Positions 1 to 13,462 of a DNA stretch of 64,000 nucleotides are shown here, one piece after another (the stretch's first letter is position 1; each line of letters starts with the position of its first letter). This DNA is from Lama glama (Eukaryota). The position numbers were made by a program, and so were the translations under genes. Location: NCBI GenBank assembly GCA_028534125.1, contig CM052817.1:88662001-88726000 (forward strand), given 5' to 3'. The notes under the pieces were generated by a model that was not told the origin of the DNA, searched no databases, and saw only the letters and a program-made list of their open reading frames with translations.

Positions 1-1999
1 GTTGGAGGCATTGCCTTTTCTTTTTATGTCCCAACCATATTTTTAGGTAATAAAAATGCCTCCAAATATCATTTCTATATGTTTCTTTAATCCCATAAGA
101 ATATCATAGTTTATTCAACAACTTTCAATGTTTGGATATTTTACTCATAGACTATAATACCTGAAATGTAATTTGAGTTAAAGTGCATCATATTCTAAGA
201 CTTTTGATCACATTGCCAGTAGTTCTTGCACGGATTATCATACTAATTACTGCCTTCAACAGTGATGCCAGTATCCGTTATCAGCTGACCACTTCCAGGT
301 CATGAGCTTTATGTAGCATAAGTAAATTGGTACAATTTTATTTGTTCCTATTTCAAACCTTCTATCTGTCAGGCTAAGACATTGATTGATATTGTTATAT
401 TTTAAATGTAGTTCATAATGGTTAAGGATTTCAGTGAACTGTATTTGTAGAATGCTTTATAATTATCTTTGCAATTTATATTTCATTGTATAAATGTTTG
501 AAGTGTCCTGCATGCATCCTCTGATAATGTGATGATTTATTCTATACCTCAGTATATCATTTTGCTTAATCAATTGTTGTGTAGTCTTCATTTGAAATAT
601 TTGTTTAAGAATGAATATTTAGATACCCTTCCTTCTGAGTGTTTGAATATATGGTAATAACTTCCTAGGCATTCACAAATAAATTACAATATGTCTGGGT
701 ATATTATTTGGTGTGTTGCTTTGTATAATGATTTGAACACAAAGTAGATGACGTTCCGTTATCTCCTGATTTTGGCTATGTCATGAAGAACTTTTTGATT
801 TTTTCTCCTTCTGTGGAAAACAAGTTCATATTTGCTCTCTGGTTATAGGTAAGAGTCTCTCTTTTATTTACATATTATAAAACAAAACACAATTTTCAGA
901 CTACATGTAATAGCCATTGTGTTATACACGTCCACATCCATTCTACCTCTCTCTCTCTCATTTTGTAATACTTATGCCATTTGTAGGGTTCTCCTAGTTA
1001 TGAGAAGAACTAAATTAATCCAAGTTGACCATGATAACACCTGGGTTTAATTATTCACTGCATGTTCATTATCTGTATAAACTGATTCAATCATGGACAT
1101 GAGATCTTTTTAGAATTGTTTTTTTCCCTCACAGGTCTTACTTAAGATGAAAGGCTAACTGATACCAGTTTAAATATGTTTCCATTTCTAGTTTGGCATT
1201 ATGAAAAACAAATATCCTGAAGGCCCCAAATTGTCAAATATCAAGATAGTTCTAAATCAATATCTGAGTTTCAAGAAATTTAAGTTACTCTCGAGAGGAA
1301 AAAAACCTTAAAAAGAAGTGTACAAATTTATGCTGCATTTACCCTGGACCATTTTGTCAGTTCTGATCTTGAAATTACTCCTTAGAATTTATAACTATAA
1401 ACCTAAAATTTGGGATTCACATTTATATGACAAACGTGGATCAGGAAATCTGCAGCCAAAAACAACATAAAATAGGGCCCCAGCCCAGTGATACGTCAGG
1501 AAATTAAGACAGTAGCAAAAGCAAACAGGCTCTGGAGGGACAGGTTTTCGATAGATAAGATTAGCTCATAATCCCAAATTATAAAACATGCAAAAAAAAC
1601 AAATCTACGGTATGAGGAAATTAGCAAACATAACAAGCAGTGATATTAGATCGTCTGAGCTTCCCATTACACAAATACTGAACAGAGACACAGGAATAAA
1701 TACATTTAGTTTGGTGAACACCTTGTTGACTATAAAGAAAATGTCTCTATTTGACAAGTGACCACAGGACTACCAGTTTATGATCTTTACAAAATATTTC
1801 ACTGTGTGAGTATAGTAATTTATGAGACTTCCTTCTATTTAATTAAGAGCTTCACGTCTAAGTCCTCCACACTTATCTTTCCTACATTGTATTTATAGAC
1901 AAACAGGTGAGATACGGTTGCATTTAGACTACTTAATAATAAATAGTGAAGATATTTTATGTAATTATCATCACAACACAACTCAAACTGTCTCCCTTA

Positions 2000-2092
2000 G
2001 AGTGGTCAAACATCTCATTTTGTCTAGAAAGTCCAAGTTTAGGATTTGTGTATCATCAAAATTAATATTAGCAACACCATCATTCTTAAATC
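2000..2092. mobile_element. Degenerate MER94-like hAT-Blackjack fragment
   Basis: AGAGTGGTCAAACATCTCATTTTGTCTAGAAAGTCC...AATTAATATTAGCAACACC loosely follows the recalled MER94 consensus; boundaries approximate. Confidence 0.4.
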
Positions 2093-2137
2093 TTTGAGCG
2101 GTGCATCTCATGGCCAACAATTTTAATTATAATGAGG

Positions 2138-2330
2138 CAGTGATGTACTGGAACCAGCTCTTATCAGCTAGTGAGAGCCATTAGTTTTCATCTCTTTCCA
2201 ACTCCATATTCAGGGACATCAGGTTGGTATCTTGAAATTAGTAATGAGAGTATTTACACTCAGGATAATGGCAAAAGCTACAATTTAGGGCTTCCCCCAC
2301 CTCCCCCTCACAGGGAGCAGTATATCACTC
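2138..2330. mobile_element. MER63A-like hAT non-autonomous DNA transposon
   Basis: Imperfect terminal inverted repeats CAGTGATGTACTG / CAGTATATCACT; internal GTTGGTATCTTGAAATT...GAGTATTTACAC resembles MER63; similar to the copy at 34970-35161. Confidence 0.7.
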
Positions 2331-3914
2331 GCTTCAGGAATGGTTCTTGTGTGTTTGTTTGCTTTGCAGGGTCTCTGCTTTTTCTTTTATTCTCTTATAT
2401 TTTTTCAAAGTTTTAGCCTCATGCTCAGATTGTCTTTCCTTATTCTGCAAAATGGCTGCAGCTCTTCCAGACTTATGTTCCTCTCAACAAACCATCCAGA
2501 GCAGGTTCAGGGGATTCTCACTGCATGACTGTCTGATATGGAAGAGGTGTTTTGAATCATCCTATGCATATCTCCATCATTCACATAATAGCTTCTAACC
2601 GTGACCTTGCTCATTTGACATCTACCTCATATTGTCTTTTTTGCTGATGACCTTTTTCTCTGCCCTGCTGCCTCTTTTCCACGCCCTGAAATTTCTTATA
2701 ACATTTCTCTCATGTCCTCAAATAGGTATAGAAAGAAAATCATCAAGTGGCTATGGCTCACATAGATGCCCATGTAAGTTGTGACATGATAGTTCTTCCT
2801 GATGAAAACTTCCATCTCTACAATTGATTCTCTGAGAGCCTATCTTAACTTGGTATCTACAGTAGGGACACAGGATGGAGAGAGGAGTCACAAGCCAGAG
2901 CAGAGTCCCTCCCTAACAATTGTGAACCAATGACTGATAACTCCTATAATTATTATTTTACTTCTTCAAATACACTGATTGAGCATCTTCAGACAAGATA
3001 AAATGTCCAGATCTATCACCTTTTGGTGATATCTAGAATGCAGAGGTATTTAGTGCCCAAGATTTTTCACTGTGGGGCTTTGAAATTTTTAGACAAACAA
3101 ATTTTACACTTAACAGTTTGCAATATACCACAGGGTAATATTTTGTCAATTTCACAAATTCAACTACCCAGAGATGGTCTTTACCAAATATTCTGTGTTT
3201 AATCCACATACTCTGTCTCTTCTTGCCTTCTGCCTGAAATTTCCCTTATGTGGCTTCATGTCCACATCTGTGGGCTCTGACAACCCAAAAGCATATCTCT
3301 ACTACTGTACACTTTTTTTTTAAAGAAATCCCAGACCCTTGCAAGAATGTAAACTTGTGATTTCATTTTTTTTAAGTCTGAATTATCTCTTCAGGCATGG
3401 TTTTATTACCATTTCTGCTCCAATTGTTCCTATTGCTTCCTTGGGTACTAATTTATTTAGCAGTCTAAACTTGTAGGGATACACACTTGAAACAGTTTTA
3501 TATTTCTCCAATGTCTGCTTTCAAGCATGCTCTCCAGAATGTTAATTGCTGACTCCTAGAGCTATTTTAGACAGATCGCATACTTTTTGATTACGTTTAG
3601 TGATAAAATATCCATCTACTTTAAAATGCCAAATTTGTGTCCTATTCAAAACCAATCCTTCCCTTCTCCTCCTCCCAAGCCCCAGCTATACTCATAGTCT
3701 TGGGGACTTGGAATTATGAAGGGGTTTTGTCTCCATCTTTTAATCCTCCTTGCAGTCCAATCCCTTTGACTGTAGGATGGAGATGTGTCTGAGCTGCCTC
3801 AGGAATGCCTATATTCCCCTATATTTCCTCCTTTCTCAAAGTCTTAATTATAAAAGCAAATTCTACTTTACTTAACTGTTGGGTTTTGTTATGTCCTTGT
3901 TATTCTTGCATTTC

Positions 3915-4043
3915 TCTTTTTTTTTCCCCCCAGGGGAAGGTAAATAGGTTTATTTATTGATTTTTAGAGGAGGTACTGGGGATCGAACCCAGGACCTTGT
4001 ACACGCTAAGCATGCACTCTACCACTTGAGCTATACCCCCCAC
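3915..4043 (-). mobile_element. tRNA-derived SINE, camelid Vic-1-like
   Basis: Minus strand GGGGGTATAGCTCAAGTGGTAGAG (A box)...GGTTCGATCCCCAGTACC (B box), AT-rich 3' part and A-rich tail; exact 12-bp TSD TTCTTGCATTTC at 3903-3914 and 4044-4055. Confidence 0.9.
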
Positions 4044-5638
4044 TTCTTGCATTTCCAGCTAACACTGATTGTCAGTCAGTGTCTTCTGAGCAACAGCTAT
4101 TCAAATTCTGCCTCTCTTAGGTGACACCACAAGGTCATACAAGAGTACAATTCACTGAAAAAGAAAATCTAGGTCCAAATCCACCACTTTTCCCCTTTCA
4201 CCAAGCAGGCCATCTTCCTGAATTGGGTAACCAGTAAGACAGCTCAATTAGGTTATCCTCTGCAGTATATCCAAGGAAAAATTATACATCTTTGCTGTGA
4301 CAATAAGTGAGAAAGCAGGACATTCCAATGCAAATCATCCTCTTTATCCTGTTATCTCTCTTCAATTACCTTTCCAACCTTTCAGACAGGTATAGAGCAG
4401 CTAATCAATGCTGTTGGGTAAGTAGACTTCCAACTGTGAAATGAAATGCCAGGCTTTCATTCTTCAAGTCAAATTTAATCTCTTCAAATGGTTCTTTTGG
4501 AGACTAGGCAGCCTCACTTGACTTGAAGTTGTGCCTGAAAAGTAACCTCCCTTTATAGAAACCACAACCTTTCCAACTAGGCCAATGACACAATTCCAGA
4601 TACACTCCCCACCACCCCACCACTGCAGTGTCCTGTGTGTATAGAAGACGGTGGTGATGGCTTGGGAAGTCAATGGAAGACACTGATAGACCCTGGCAAG
4701 TCCTCCATACCTGATTCTTAGTGGCTCCTTGACAGCCTTCTCACAAATTTGGGATAAGCAATGAGTTTTTATCTTCAGCTGTGAATCCTCATTGACAATT
4801 TCAGGACAATAGGAAAAATTATGTAATAATTGTTTACAGTTATGAATGTCCACACATTTTAGTTTGTATTTCTAGTTTCTACCTTCAACAGAGGCTATGT
4901 TTCATCTTTTTCATTCCTTTGTCTTCTTTTTCAGATTTTTAAAAAAATACAAAAGTGTGTCTTTATATCCCTTCTATAACATTTTACACCATAAATACTG
5001 TTTTGTGCTGCTCAAGTAAGGTTTTAATTCTTCTATAACTATTTTTCTTTTCTTGACCCAGATGTATTATATAATCATGTTCTCCTTTTATTTCAGCCTG
5101 TCATCTTTTCATTTTTTAATCATTTCAATAGAAGCTTAATGAAAAAAATTACATATTTTGAATAGAGAAAATATTTACATGGTCAATAATTAGAGAGTAC
5201 AGAAAAAATACAGTGAAAAGGTTCCTTCTCACTCTTGTCTGGAAGTCAGAGTTCCTCTCTTTGGAGGTAATGCAGGTATATTTTATATACAAAGGGAAAA
5301 TTATATAAATATTTTTACCAAATAGTAGCGTATCGTTAAACTGGCTATTCATTGTTTCACTTAACAACGTATCTTGGAGATCTTTCTTTAAAACAGAGAC
5401 AGTTTTAAATTTCTTTTATGACTGCATAATATTCTATTATGTGTTATAGTAAATAGATTCAACTCTATTTAATAGACAGCAAAGGGATATGTGCATTCCT
5501 TATCTTATTAGATACTACTAAACCATCCTCAGCTGGGGTTGTAAATATACTGTTTGTAATTCTTCTGCTTAATGACATTGATACTTTGGCAATATGATAA
5601 ATCAAAAATGGTATTTCAGCACATAAATTTAATGATAT

Positions 5639-5660
5639 ACACACACACACACACACACAC
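5639..5660. repeat. (AC)n microsatellite
   Basis: About 11 perfect AC units. Confidence 0.95.
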
Positions 5661-6602
5661 TTGCACACACTCTGTACACCAACAAACAGAATCCTTACCT
5701 TTTTAAATAACCATAAAATCTATATGATATAGAAAAATAACAAAATGAGATGCAAGACCTTTATAATGATATAATAATACATATTTTTCCTCCTTATTGA
5801 AATACTTCAATACATAGAAATAAATAGAAAGGTATCTCTCGGAAGAATAATATCATTATTAGTTTTTTTCTCATCTGTAAATCTGATCTGTAAATCAAAA
5901 CAATTCCAAACAAAGTCACAACCTTTGGGGGCAAGAAAAATGTATGATGAAAGTGCAAGGGCTAAGATATCCTAAGAGACTAAGGTGAAAAAACAACGTA
6001 TCAGGGATTCTAGGGACTAACATTATATTGCTTGGCCTGAATTCTACACATTTATCACTGTGCTTTAGAATCTTTAAGGTATTTGTGATGCTCATTTTAT
6101 ATTTCAGTACTGTTTGAATGTGCTTTTCTCATCTATAGCTGAAAGGAAAATTGTGAATAATTTCTAGACTAATTTCCAATACCTGGCAAAAATTCATTCA
6201 GTAAATTCCTTTAGAACTCTTTTTTTTCCTATACCAAATATTTCGATGGCTAACCCTCTGAACTGGTCAAACACTCGTAAACTGGTCAAATCCATAACTC
6301 TAAGACTCATTCCTCAGTGGGCTCAGGACCTTTTGTCTGAAAACTTTGTTCATAGAAATTTCATGTACAAAGGTGATTTCTCCACAACATCTTCAATCAT
6401 TCATTTCCTTGAATTCTGAATGGATATAAAAATAGTAATACTGACTGAGTATGGGGAGAGGGTGATACGAAATATACAATAATGCTGTCTAAACTGAAAG
6501 TGTCCACAGATTAGAAATAGGATAGCCTACATTTTTGGTAGCCATGTAGGCAACAGAGAATTAACGTTTCATTATATTATCTCTGGAAAAAAGTCATCAA
6601 AC

Positions 6603-7251
6603 TGTTAGAGCAGGCAGATAGCTAGATATGAGTAGAGAAAGGGGGACACAGACCAAATGGCAGGAATTTGGCAGAAAGGAGGGGCACAGGCCAAATGCAG
6701 GAAACCACACATCATGTGAGCAGCAGGGATCCCTGGGCAGAGAAAGAAAAGCTGGAATCTTTGGGCTGATAAGGGACCACACCTTTTGGCCTGGAAACCA
6801 ACAAAGAAAGGTCAGAAAGGGCAGGAATTTCCAGTGTCCGAATGTAACCTTTTACTCATCATGCTATCATTTCAATAAAACTAGCCTTGCAGATCAGAAG
6901 TACCCATCATGCACCGAAGCCATGACACTTCCGATCCAGACTGAATAAGGACAAAAATCCCTCCTCCCTTTGGGAAGGTGGAGTTGGGATGATAATCAGG
7001 GAATACTAACCCAAACCCTTCCCTCCCCTACGAATATTCTGCCCATTCATTTTTACACCCTATGTAACTAACTTGCCAAGGAAACTCAGGGCAGCTGCTC
7101 ACCTGAGCCTGCCCGCTCTCCCCTGAGAGTGTACTATCCATCCTTTAATAAATCCTCACTTTACCTTTCTAACCTCTAAGTCTTGTTTGTCTCTGAATTC
7201 TTTCTGGGATGGGACAAGAACCTGGAACACCGGTTGCATCTATCGGCGACA
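6603..7251 (+). mobile_element. Solo LTR, ERV1-type (copy 1)
   Basis: TG...CA termini (TGTTAG...GGCGACA), 4-bp TSD AAAC (6599-6602, 7252-7255), AATAAA at 7147-7152, near-identical to 13463-14120, no primer-binding site downstream. Confidence 0.93.
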
Positions 7252-8539
7252 AAACCATAAGCAAACCACCTATTGAATCCTTTGTCCATTTATTTTAGAC
7301 TGTGAGGACTATATCTACGTAGTCTCAAACATTAAAGATTTCTATGGATTGACATCTTTTGCCTGCTTTTACTAATATCTTAGTAAAAAGTTGTGAGAAA
7401 AATATCAGAGATAAACAGGATATTATAAGCCAGAGCCTTCATGAAAATTCTAAGGTTACACTTTCATGTTTCTGCTTCATCTTTTGCAAACCGTAACATC
7501 TACACTGACATGTTTTAAATTGAATTTGGATCTTAAGGGTACATATTTTAATATCATGAGTTTATTATATATGCCATATCTGCTATTATATGACAATCAC
7601 TCAGTTATCTAATTACTCATATGTGATCCTCTTTTCTTAAAAAAAAATCTTGCTTTTCTTGTATCTTATTCTTGATCAATTTGCATTAGTGATATTTATT
7701 TAAAATTGAGAGATTTTTAATGCTTTACATTTTCACTAGCCTAAACGGAGCAAAACTAACAAGAGCTCTTAGGTCTGCATGTTAAGTATGTATGTATTTA
7801 TAGCCATGTTCTTTCTCTCCCTCAACTATCCCTTGGTTCTTATTTGGTGATACAAGCTCAAATTCACTATGAAGTAATATAGGAAGTAATACAGGAATCC
7901 CAAACATCTCACAGGGGGAAAAATGGTGATAGATTTTTGAATTTTAAAGAGCCAAGTTTGAAAGAAGAGCCTTTGCCTGGATTTTTAATTGTTAACCTCA
8001 ATGATTAAATCCACTTCACTCCCCACATTACTTTTGAATAAATAGAGAAAATGTATTTAACAAAAGGTGTGTGTGAATTAGTTATTTTAACAGGTTAGAT
8101 AAAAGGAAATTGATTTATATCACTCTAATGTTTTCAAAGTAAAACTTAGATTGAAAAACTGTATATATTTTAATCTTATTTGAGAAAAAAAATTGAAAGA
8201 AAGAACATATGGCTACTTTATAATGTAGAGTACTTGGCACTACTTGAAAGAAACTCAAAATGCATAATGAGTTCAAGCAATAGCTTAAGCTTGGAGCTAT
8301 GAATATAGGCTTGGTAATTTTGTAATAAGATTAGATGGCAAAATAAAATTAATTTGTTCATCCTTTAAAAAAAAATCACTTAGCAGTAATTTCAATTGAA
8401 ATTTACCTCTGAATAATTTCTGACCAGAATGAAAATATCAGAAAGGAAAGAGTAAGAAATATGTGATGTTGAACAGATGAAACTGAAAATACCATTAATA
8501 ACTTCACTTCACTTCTTCTAGTCTTTTCTCAAATATGAT

Positions 8540-8782
8540 TTTCACAGTGAAGCCTATCTGTGACTCCCTTTTAAGAACTGCAACCTGCTCTACTGTTTTT
8601 TTCTTTAGCTTTTATTAATTTTGAACATTATTGACATATATTTTTTTTTCCTTTGCCTACCCACTAGAATGTAAAATCCACAAGTCCAGAGATTTTGGAC
8701 TGTTTCTTTTGCTGGATTATCTCAGGCACTTAAAACAGTACCTAATGCGTGGAAGGAGCTTGGTAAATATTCACTGAACAAG
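8540..8782 (+). mobile_element. L2 LINE 3' end
   Basis: CCCACTAGAATGTAAAATCCACAAG...GCACTTAAAACAGTACC...TAAATATTCACTGAA matches the L2 3' terminus pattern. Confidence 0.7.
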
Positions 8783-8789
8783 CAAAAGA

Positions 8790-8851
8790 TAGAAAAGAAA
8801 GGAAAGAAAGAGGAAGGGAAGGAAGAAAAGGAAGGAAGGAAAGAAGGAAAG

Positions 8852-8950
<99 letters not shown>

Positions 8951-9008
8951 AAAGATACAGAAAGAAGTGAAAGAAAGAGGGACGGAAGGAGGGGGAGGGA
9001 GGGAGGGA
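8790..9008. repeat. Purine-rich tract with (GAAA)25 microsatellite
   Basis: Perfect GAAA run at 8853-8952 flanked by GGAA/GGGA variants. Confidence 0.97.
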
Positions 9009-9769
9009 CATAACTTGTTCTACTGTATTGGTCCTATTCTCAGAAGATAAACTCACTTTTGGTAGATTCCTGTTTCGGCATAGATAGTATGTCAGGCTGA
9101 CAGTCTGTCTCAGCATGGTTGCCCAGCATCCAGAGGCATGTCCCGATTTAGGGTGTTGACAGATTTGACTTTTTTTTTTAAGAATTGGAGGAAAGCATCT
9201 GAATGTTAAATGTCCATTCCAGTTCTAATCCTCATTTAGGAATCTCAGAGAAATTGCACTTGCTAGCAGAGTCAAAAAATGCTAAGCTTTCCACTTTCTT
9301 CTGTGACTACCTTCTATTTGAGCAGCATTTCAAAGTAGTCTGCAGTTGTATCTAAATTAGGTATTTTCATAATCCACCCAGATAGCTAACATCAACAGTG
9401 CCTTCTGAGATTCCACAATCATGTGTTATCTGAACACAATTCCCTGACAGGGACCTGATGGTGATGTCAGAAAGTGCAGGTTCCGATACCAGGTAAACAA
9501 TCCATTCTAGCATTTACAGACAAGTTCTCCAGCTATGTCCCGATCACAGGAAGTTCTAAGCTTTAGGGAAGGGCCCTGCTGTCATCACTAGGTTGTCTGA
9601 ACTGGCCATTCTCCCAACTCATAGGTCCATCAAACCCAGGATCTCACCTGCATCCTCTCTGATCAAGAAGTGCCTGCTTGAGACAGCAGCCTCTGTGGTC
9701 AGACTGCTTGGTTAGTTCCCTGAATCTCTCCCTTGTTCAGAGCTACTGGACAGACTGGGGCCCTTACAA

Positions 9770-9955
9770 TACTGATTGCACTAAGACCTTCAGTAAATTT
9801 CCCAGCTTTTCTTTTGCATGTTTTCCTCACCTATGAGGTGGGAAATAATAATAATATTCATAGGACTCTTGTGAGGATGAAGGATATAATGAACGTGTGA
9901 CTTAAAAAAATGCATCACAGGGTAAAAGTGTTCTATGAATTTTCATTATTGTTAT
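9770..9955 (+). mobile_element. MIR SINE fragment
   Basis: TTTCCTCACCTATGAGGTGGGAAATAATAATA...CATAGGACTCTTGTGAGGATGAA resembles the MIR core. Confidence 0.7.
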
Positions 9956-10035
9956 TACCAAATTTGGAATATGCAATTCTTTGGTGCAAGACCTCTCAGG
10001 AGTCTAGGATCTGATATCCCTAAGTGAAACATCAT

Positions 10036-10224
10036 GAGATTGCCAGATAGAATACAAGACATCCAGGTATATTGGAATTTTGCTGAACAACAAATAATGT
10101 TTTAGTATAGGAATGTCCTAATGTTGCCTGGGATATCCTTATACTAAAATATTACTTGTTGTTTACTTTGAATTAAAGCTTAGTTGGGTGCCCGGTATTT
10201 TACTTACAAAATCTGGCAACCCTA
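10036..10224. mobile_element. MER53 palindromic hAT MITE
   Basis: Termini ATTGCCAGAT / ATCTGGCAACCCTA, internal arms AACAACAAATAATGTTTTAGTATAG / TATACTAAAATATTACTTGTTGTT, degenerate 8-bp TSD ACATCATG/ACATAATG. Confidence 0.85.
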
Positions 10225-12400
10225 ACATAATGCCATTGACCCTGGGTCTCTTGCCACCTCCAGGTCACCTATCTTCTTGTGATTCACAGACCTCTCTTCC
10301 TCTCCCAAGATCCAGAAATGTTCTGTGTGTGTGTCCAAGTCACTGGGAAGTGCAGAAGAAATCACCCCTTCATTTGGGCTCTGACTGTTACTCAACATTT
10401 AAAGATGTTTTTACTTCAGACAATGTAAACTTTTCTATTTGTGCCAAATCCCAAAGGAATGAAATTATAAAGACTGGCTAGAATTTGAAATCATAGGCAA
10501 GAAAAAATATCAAACAAAGATTTTAGTGCAGTTTCATTTTTCTCTGTATTCATGTCTCTTAGCTATCAGTTTTTTTTTTTATCATTTTCTTTCACTAAAG
10601 GTGGTCTTACCTTAAAATTTTATACTTATCTTACAAATAATCTGGATAAAATTATATATTTATGTTACTCAGAATTGAGAGATCAAAAAGTAATCTTTAG
10701 GAAATACTTACTCATTAAAAGAATACAAAGTATACTACATCTGTTTTTGATATTTTTTTAAATGATCAGAACATACCAAACAATAAGCTCATGGAGAGTC
10801 AATCTCTGTTTTATCTGTTTTGTATTCTCTGAATATACCCGTTTATGGCACATACTGATTGTGTAATATTAGTTAAATAAATAAATGAATGCTTTACATT
10901 ATTCAGTTATCTACAGTGAAAATAATCATGATTCTTTTTCAAACTGATCATTAAATATTAATAATATCCTACTGATAGTTGAAATTAAGTTTTATGCAAA
11001 TGATTAAATATTTACAAACACTTGTTGGAAAATAACGGAAACATAAAGTACAATAAATTGCATTATCACACCTACTTAATGCAGAGTAAGTGCAAAAAAT
11101 GCCACACAGCCCAGCACATGGGTAATTCAGTCCTTTTTCCTTTCATCCTGCCTCTCATAGCAAGGATGGATAGTTGGGTTTATTATACCTATTATATTTG
11201 TACTGGCATTTAACAAATTATGGGAATGCTCTTTATTTAGATTTCTTTAGATAAAATAACTAACACTGTCTTTAAAATATCCCAGAGCCTCTGCTCCTAA
11301 GGTTTTAATGAAGAAGAGCACAGGAACTTAGATGTGGGCATGAATGTCTTACTCATATAAATTCAAGAAAAAAATCACCCAACCTATCATTAAGTGGGGC
11401 AACATGCTGGTCATTGAGGACCCACTGCATGAGCTACGGTCCCTGAGATATAGTGGATGAGCTACATCCCTGGCTTCCTTGAAAGAAAGGCTTAATGGGG
11501 GAGACATTCTACTGAGGCTTGGAACAGAGCTAGACAAGAAATGGAGCTGGAGAGTTACACAAGAGATCAGCATTTTGAGGACTTTTTATGTTATACAAGC
11601 TCCTAAAACTTATCCTAAATGCATGGGGGAGCTGCTGAATTGTTTTAAAAAGAAAAGCATCAGATATATATTCCTCAAAGTCCTTGCCTGGCTGTAATTT
11701 GGGGACTGAGTTGGATTAGAGCAGTTCTGCAGGTATGAGGATCAGTTACAGCTGTTCTAGAAATCTGGGTCAGAAACCAGTTTGGTAGCAGTGAAAATGG
11801 AAATATGTTGGTTCATTTAAAATAAATATCAGAAGCAGAAATGATAGGACTTTTCCTTGAATACCTGGAGGCTCCAAACGCTCTGGATTTTGTTCAGCTG
11901 TTAGAATTTATAATTCTTTTGCTGTTGTCTATGCAAGAACTTAGAGGTTTCCTTTTGCTGGAGAAAAAAAAAAAGAAATCTCATTGCCTTGAGAATTTTT
12001 AGTCATCTTTTAGGACTCAGCTTATAATAATTTTCTTTGTGTAACATTCTCTGGTGTCTGAAACTAAGTTTGGTTTCCCTGATGTGCAATTCAAATATAT
12101 CCTGTAATTTTCACAACTCTTCTGGTGGCTACTAACTTGGTCCACAAACTCAAGGGTAGATTTTATCTGTATATTGAATTGACTATTTTTAAGCCCCCAT
12201 TCCATGCAAATTGCAGAAACTTTACCTTATTTGGTGTAAGGGTTTCCCTTCTCTTTCACTTGGGGCTGTGTGTTTATTTCTAGGAGTAGGCGTGGGGATT
12301 AGGCATCTTGTACCAAAAGTTGTCCATCCATAAATTGTCTTCTGAGCACTCTATTTTAGTGTATTCCCCATCTTTAGTCCACAAAGTTAACTGTGGAGCT

Positions 12401-12670
12401 AATAATAGCTAATATTTATAAAATGTTTGCCATGTGATAAGTAACAGTTCTAAGTTGGGTTTAAAAAATATACTTCAAACATTAATCACTGAATCCTTAT
12501 AATATCCCCATAAGGTTGGTACTATTAGTGATTTCATTTTAAAGTGGGACTACTGAGACATAAAGAAATTTAAAGCAACTTGCTAAAGGTCTTGCAGCTT
12601 GTAAGTAGTGGAGCCAGGTCTGAATCTAAGCAGTCTAGTACCAGAATCTGCGATCTCATCCTCTACTGTC
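12401..12670 (-). mobile_element. Near full-length MIR SINE
   Basis: AATAATAGCTAATATTTAT...ACTGAGACATAAAGAAATTTAAAGCAACTTGCTAAAGGTC...GTAAGTAGTGGAGCCAGG is the reverse complement of the MIR pattern. Confidence 0.85.
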
Positions 12671-12901
12671 CAATGCTCTGAACTCTCATTAATGTCTGAT
12701 TTCTGCTAATTTAATGCCACCTTAGGTACCTGGAAATTCTTCCATTTCCACGAAATTCTGTGAGTTTTCTAAAGCTTCTCTGGCTTTAGCTAGTTTTCCT
12801 CTCTTTTCCTGACACTATCCAGAGGACTGGGTCTTGTTCAGCAGTCTTTAACTTGGAATCTGAAATATTAAGCGAAGTCCAAGGTTTTGTTTCAACTGCA
12901 T

Positions 12902-12932
12902 CTGCCCCCTGGTGGGCATAAGTGGAAATTGC
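12902..12932 (-). promoter_or_regulatory. Predicted CTCF binding site (core plus upstream module)
   Basis: Minus strand GCAATTTCC-ACTTA-TGCCCACCAGGGGGCAG: close match to core CCACCAGGGGGCGC, with a TGCAGT-like upstream module at typical spacing. Confidence 0.7.
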
Positions 12933-13462
12933 TGCTGTCTATGGGCGGTCCTAAGTTTAGGACTACTTCCATGGAAAATGCCTTCCAGCACCCATTACTC
13001 CTAGTGTTCAAAGCATTCAGAATGTGATACAGTGATGATTATAAAATATGGGCATATCGAAAAAAACTTTGAAAGGCCAACAATTTCTTTTTATATAAAT
13101 AGAGAGATTCTCCACCTAATGGAAGAAAAATAGATCTTTAAATCTGTTCCTCGTTTGAGTTGGTTCTTGCGCTAACAATGAATTATTTCTCCTCAGTTGT
13201 TAGCTAGGAACTATAGTTCTTCAAATGTCAAACACGACTTAGGAGCCTGTGATGCTCTTAGAGCAACGCAATCTTGGACTTGACCTACACATAAGGTAGG
13301 ACAGGAAAGCACAGGCATCCTCCTGAACTAGTCCCCTCAAACGCACGTTCTGAAACAGGAATCAGGATGAACCTGAATACCTGTGAACACTGAGCTGTGA
13401 TCACCATTTAGAACTTACCAGCCGATCACCCTCAAAAAGGAACACAGTTCCAGGTACTGTAC

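Noticed and set aside
2740..2830. VAMAHIDAH peptide resembling an ERVL RNase H motif
   Set aside because: A short isolated match without convincing flanking pol homology; needs a translated profile search.
3970..4043. tRNA-Ala gene
   Set aside because: The tRNA-like head has an AT-rich tail and a TSD, so it is a SINE.
4464..4853. 129-aa minus-strand ORF
   Set aside because: Non-ATG start, no recognisable domain and no supporting splice structure.
8742..9116. 124-aa hydrophobic ORF
   Set aside because: Translation of the (TTTC)n microsatellite.
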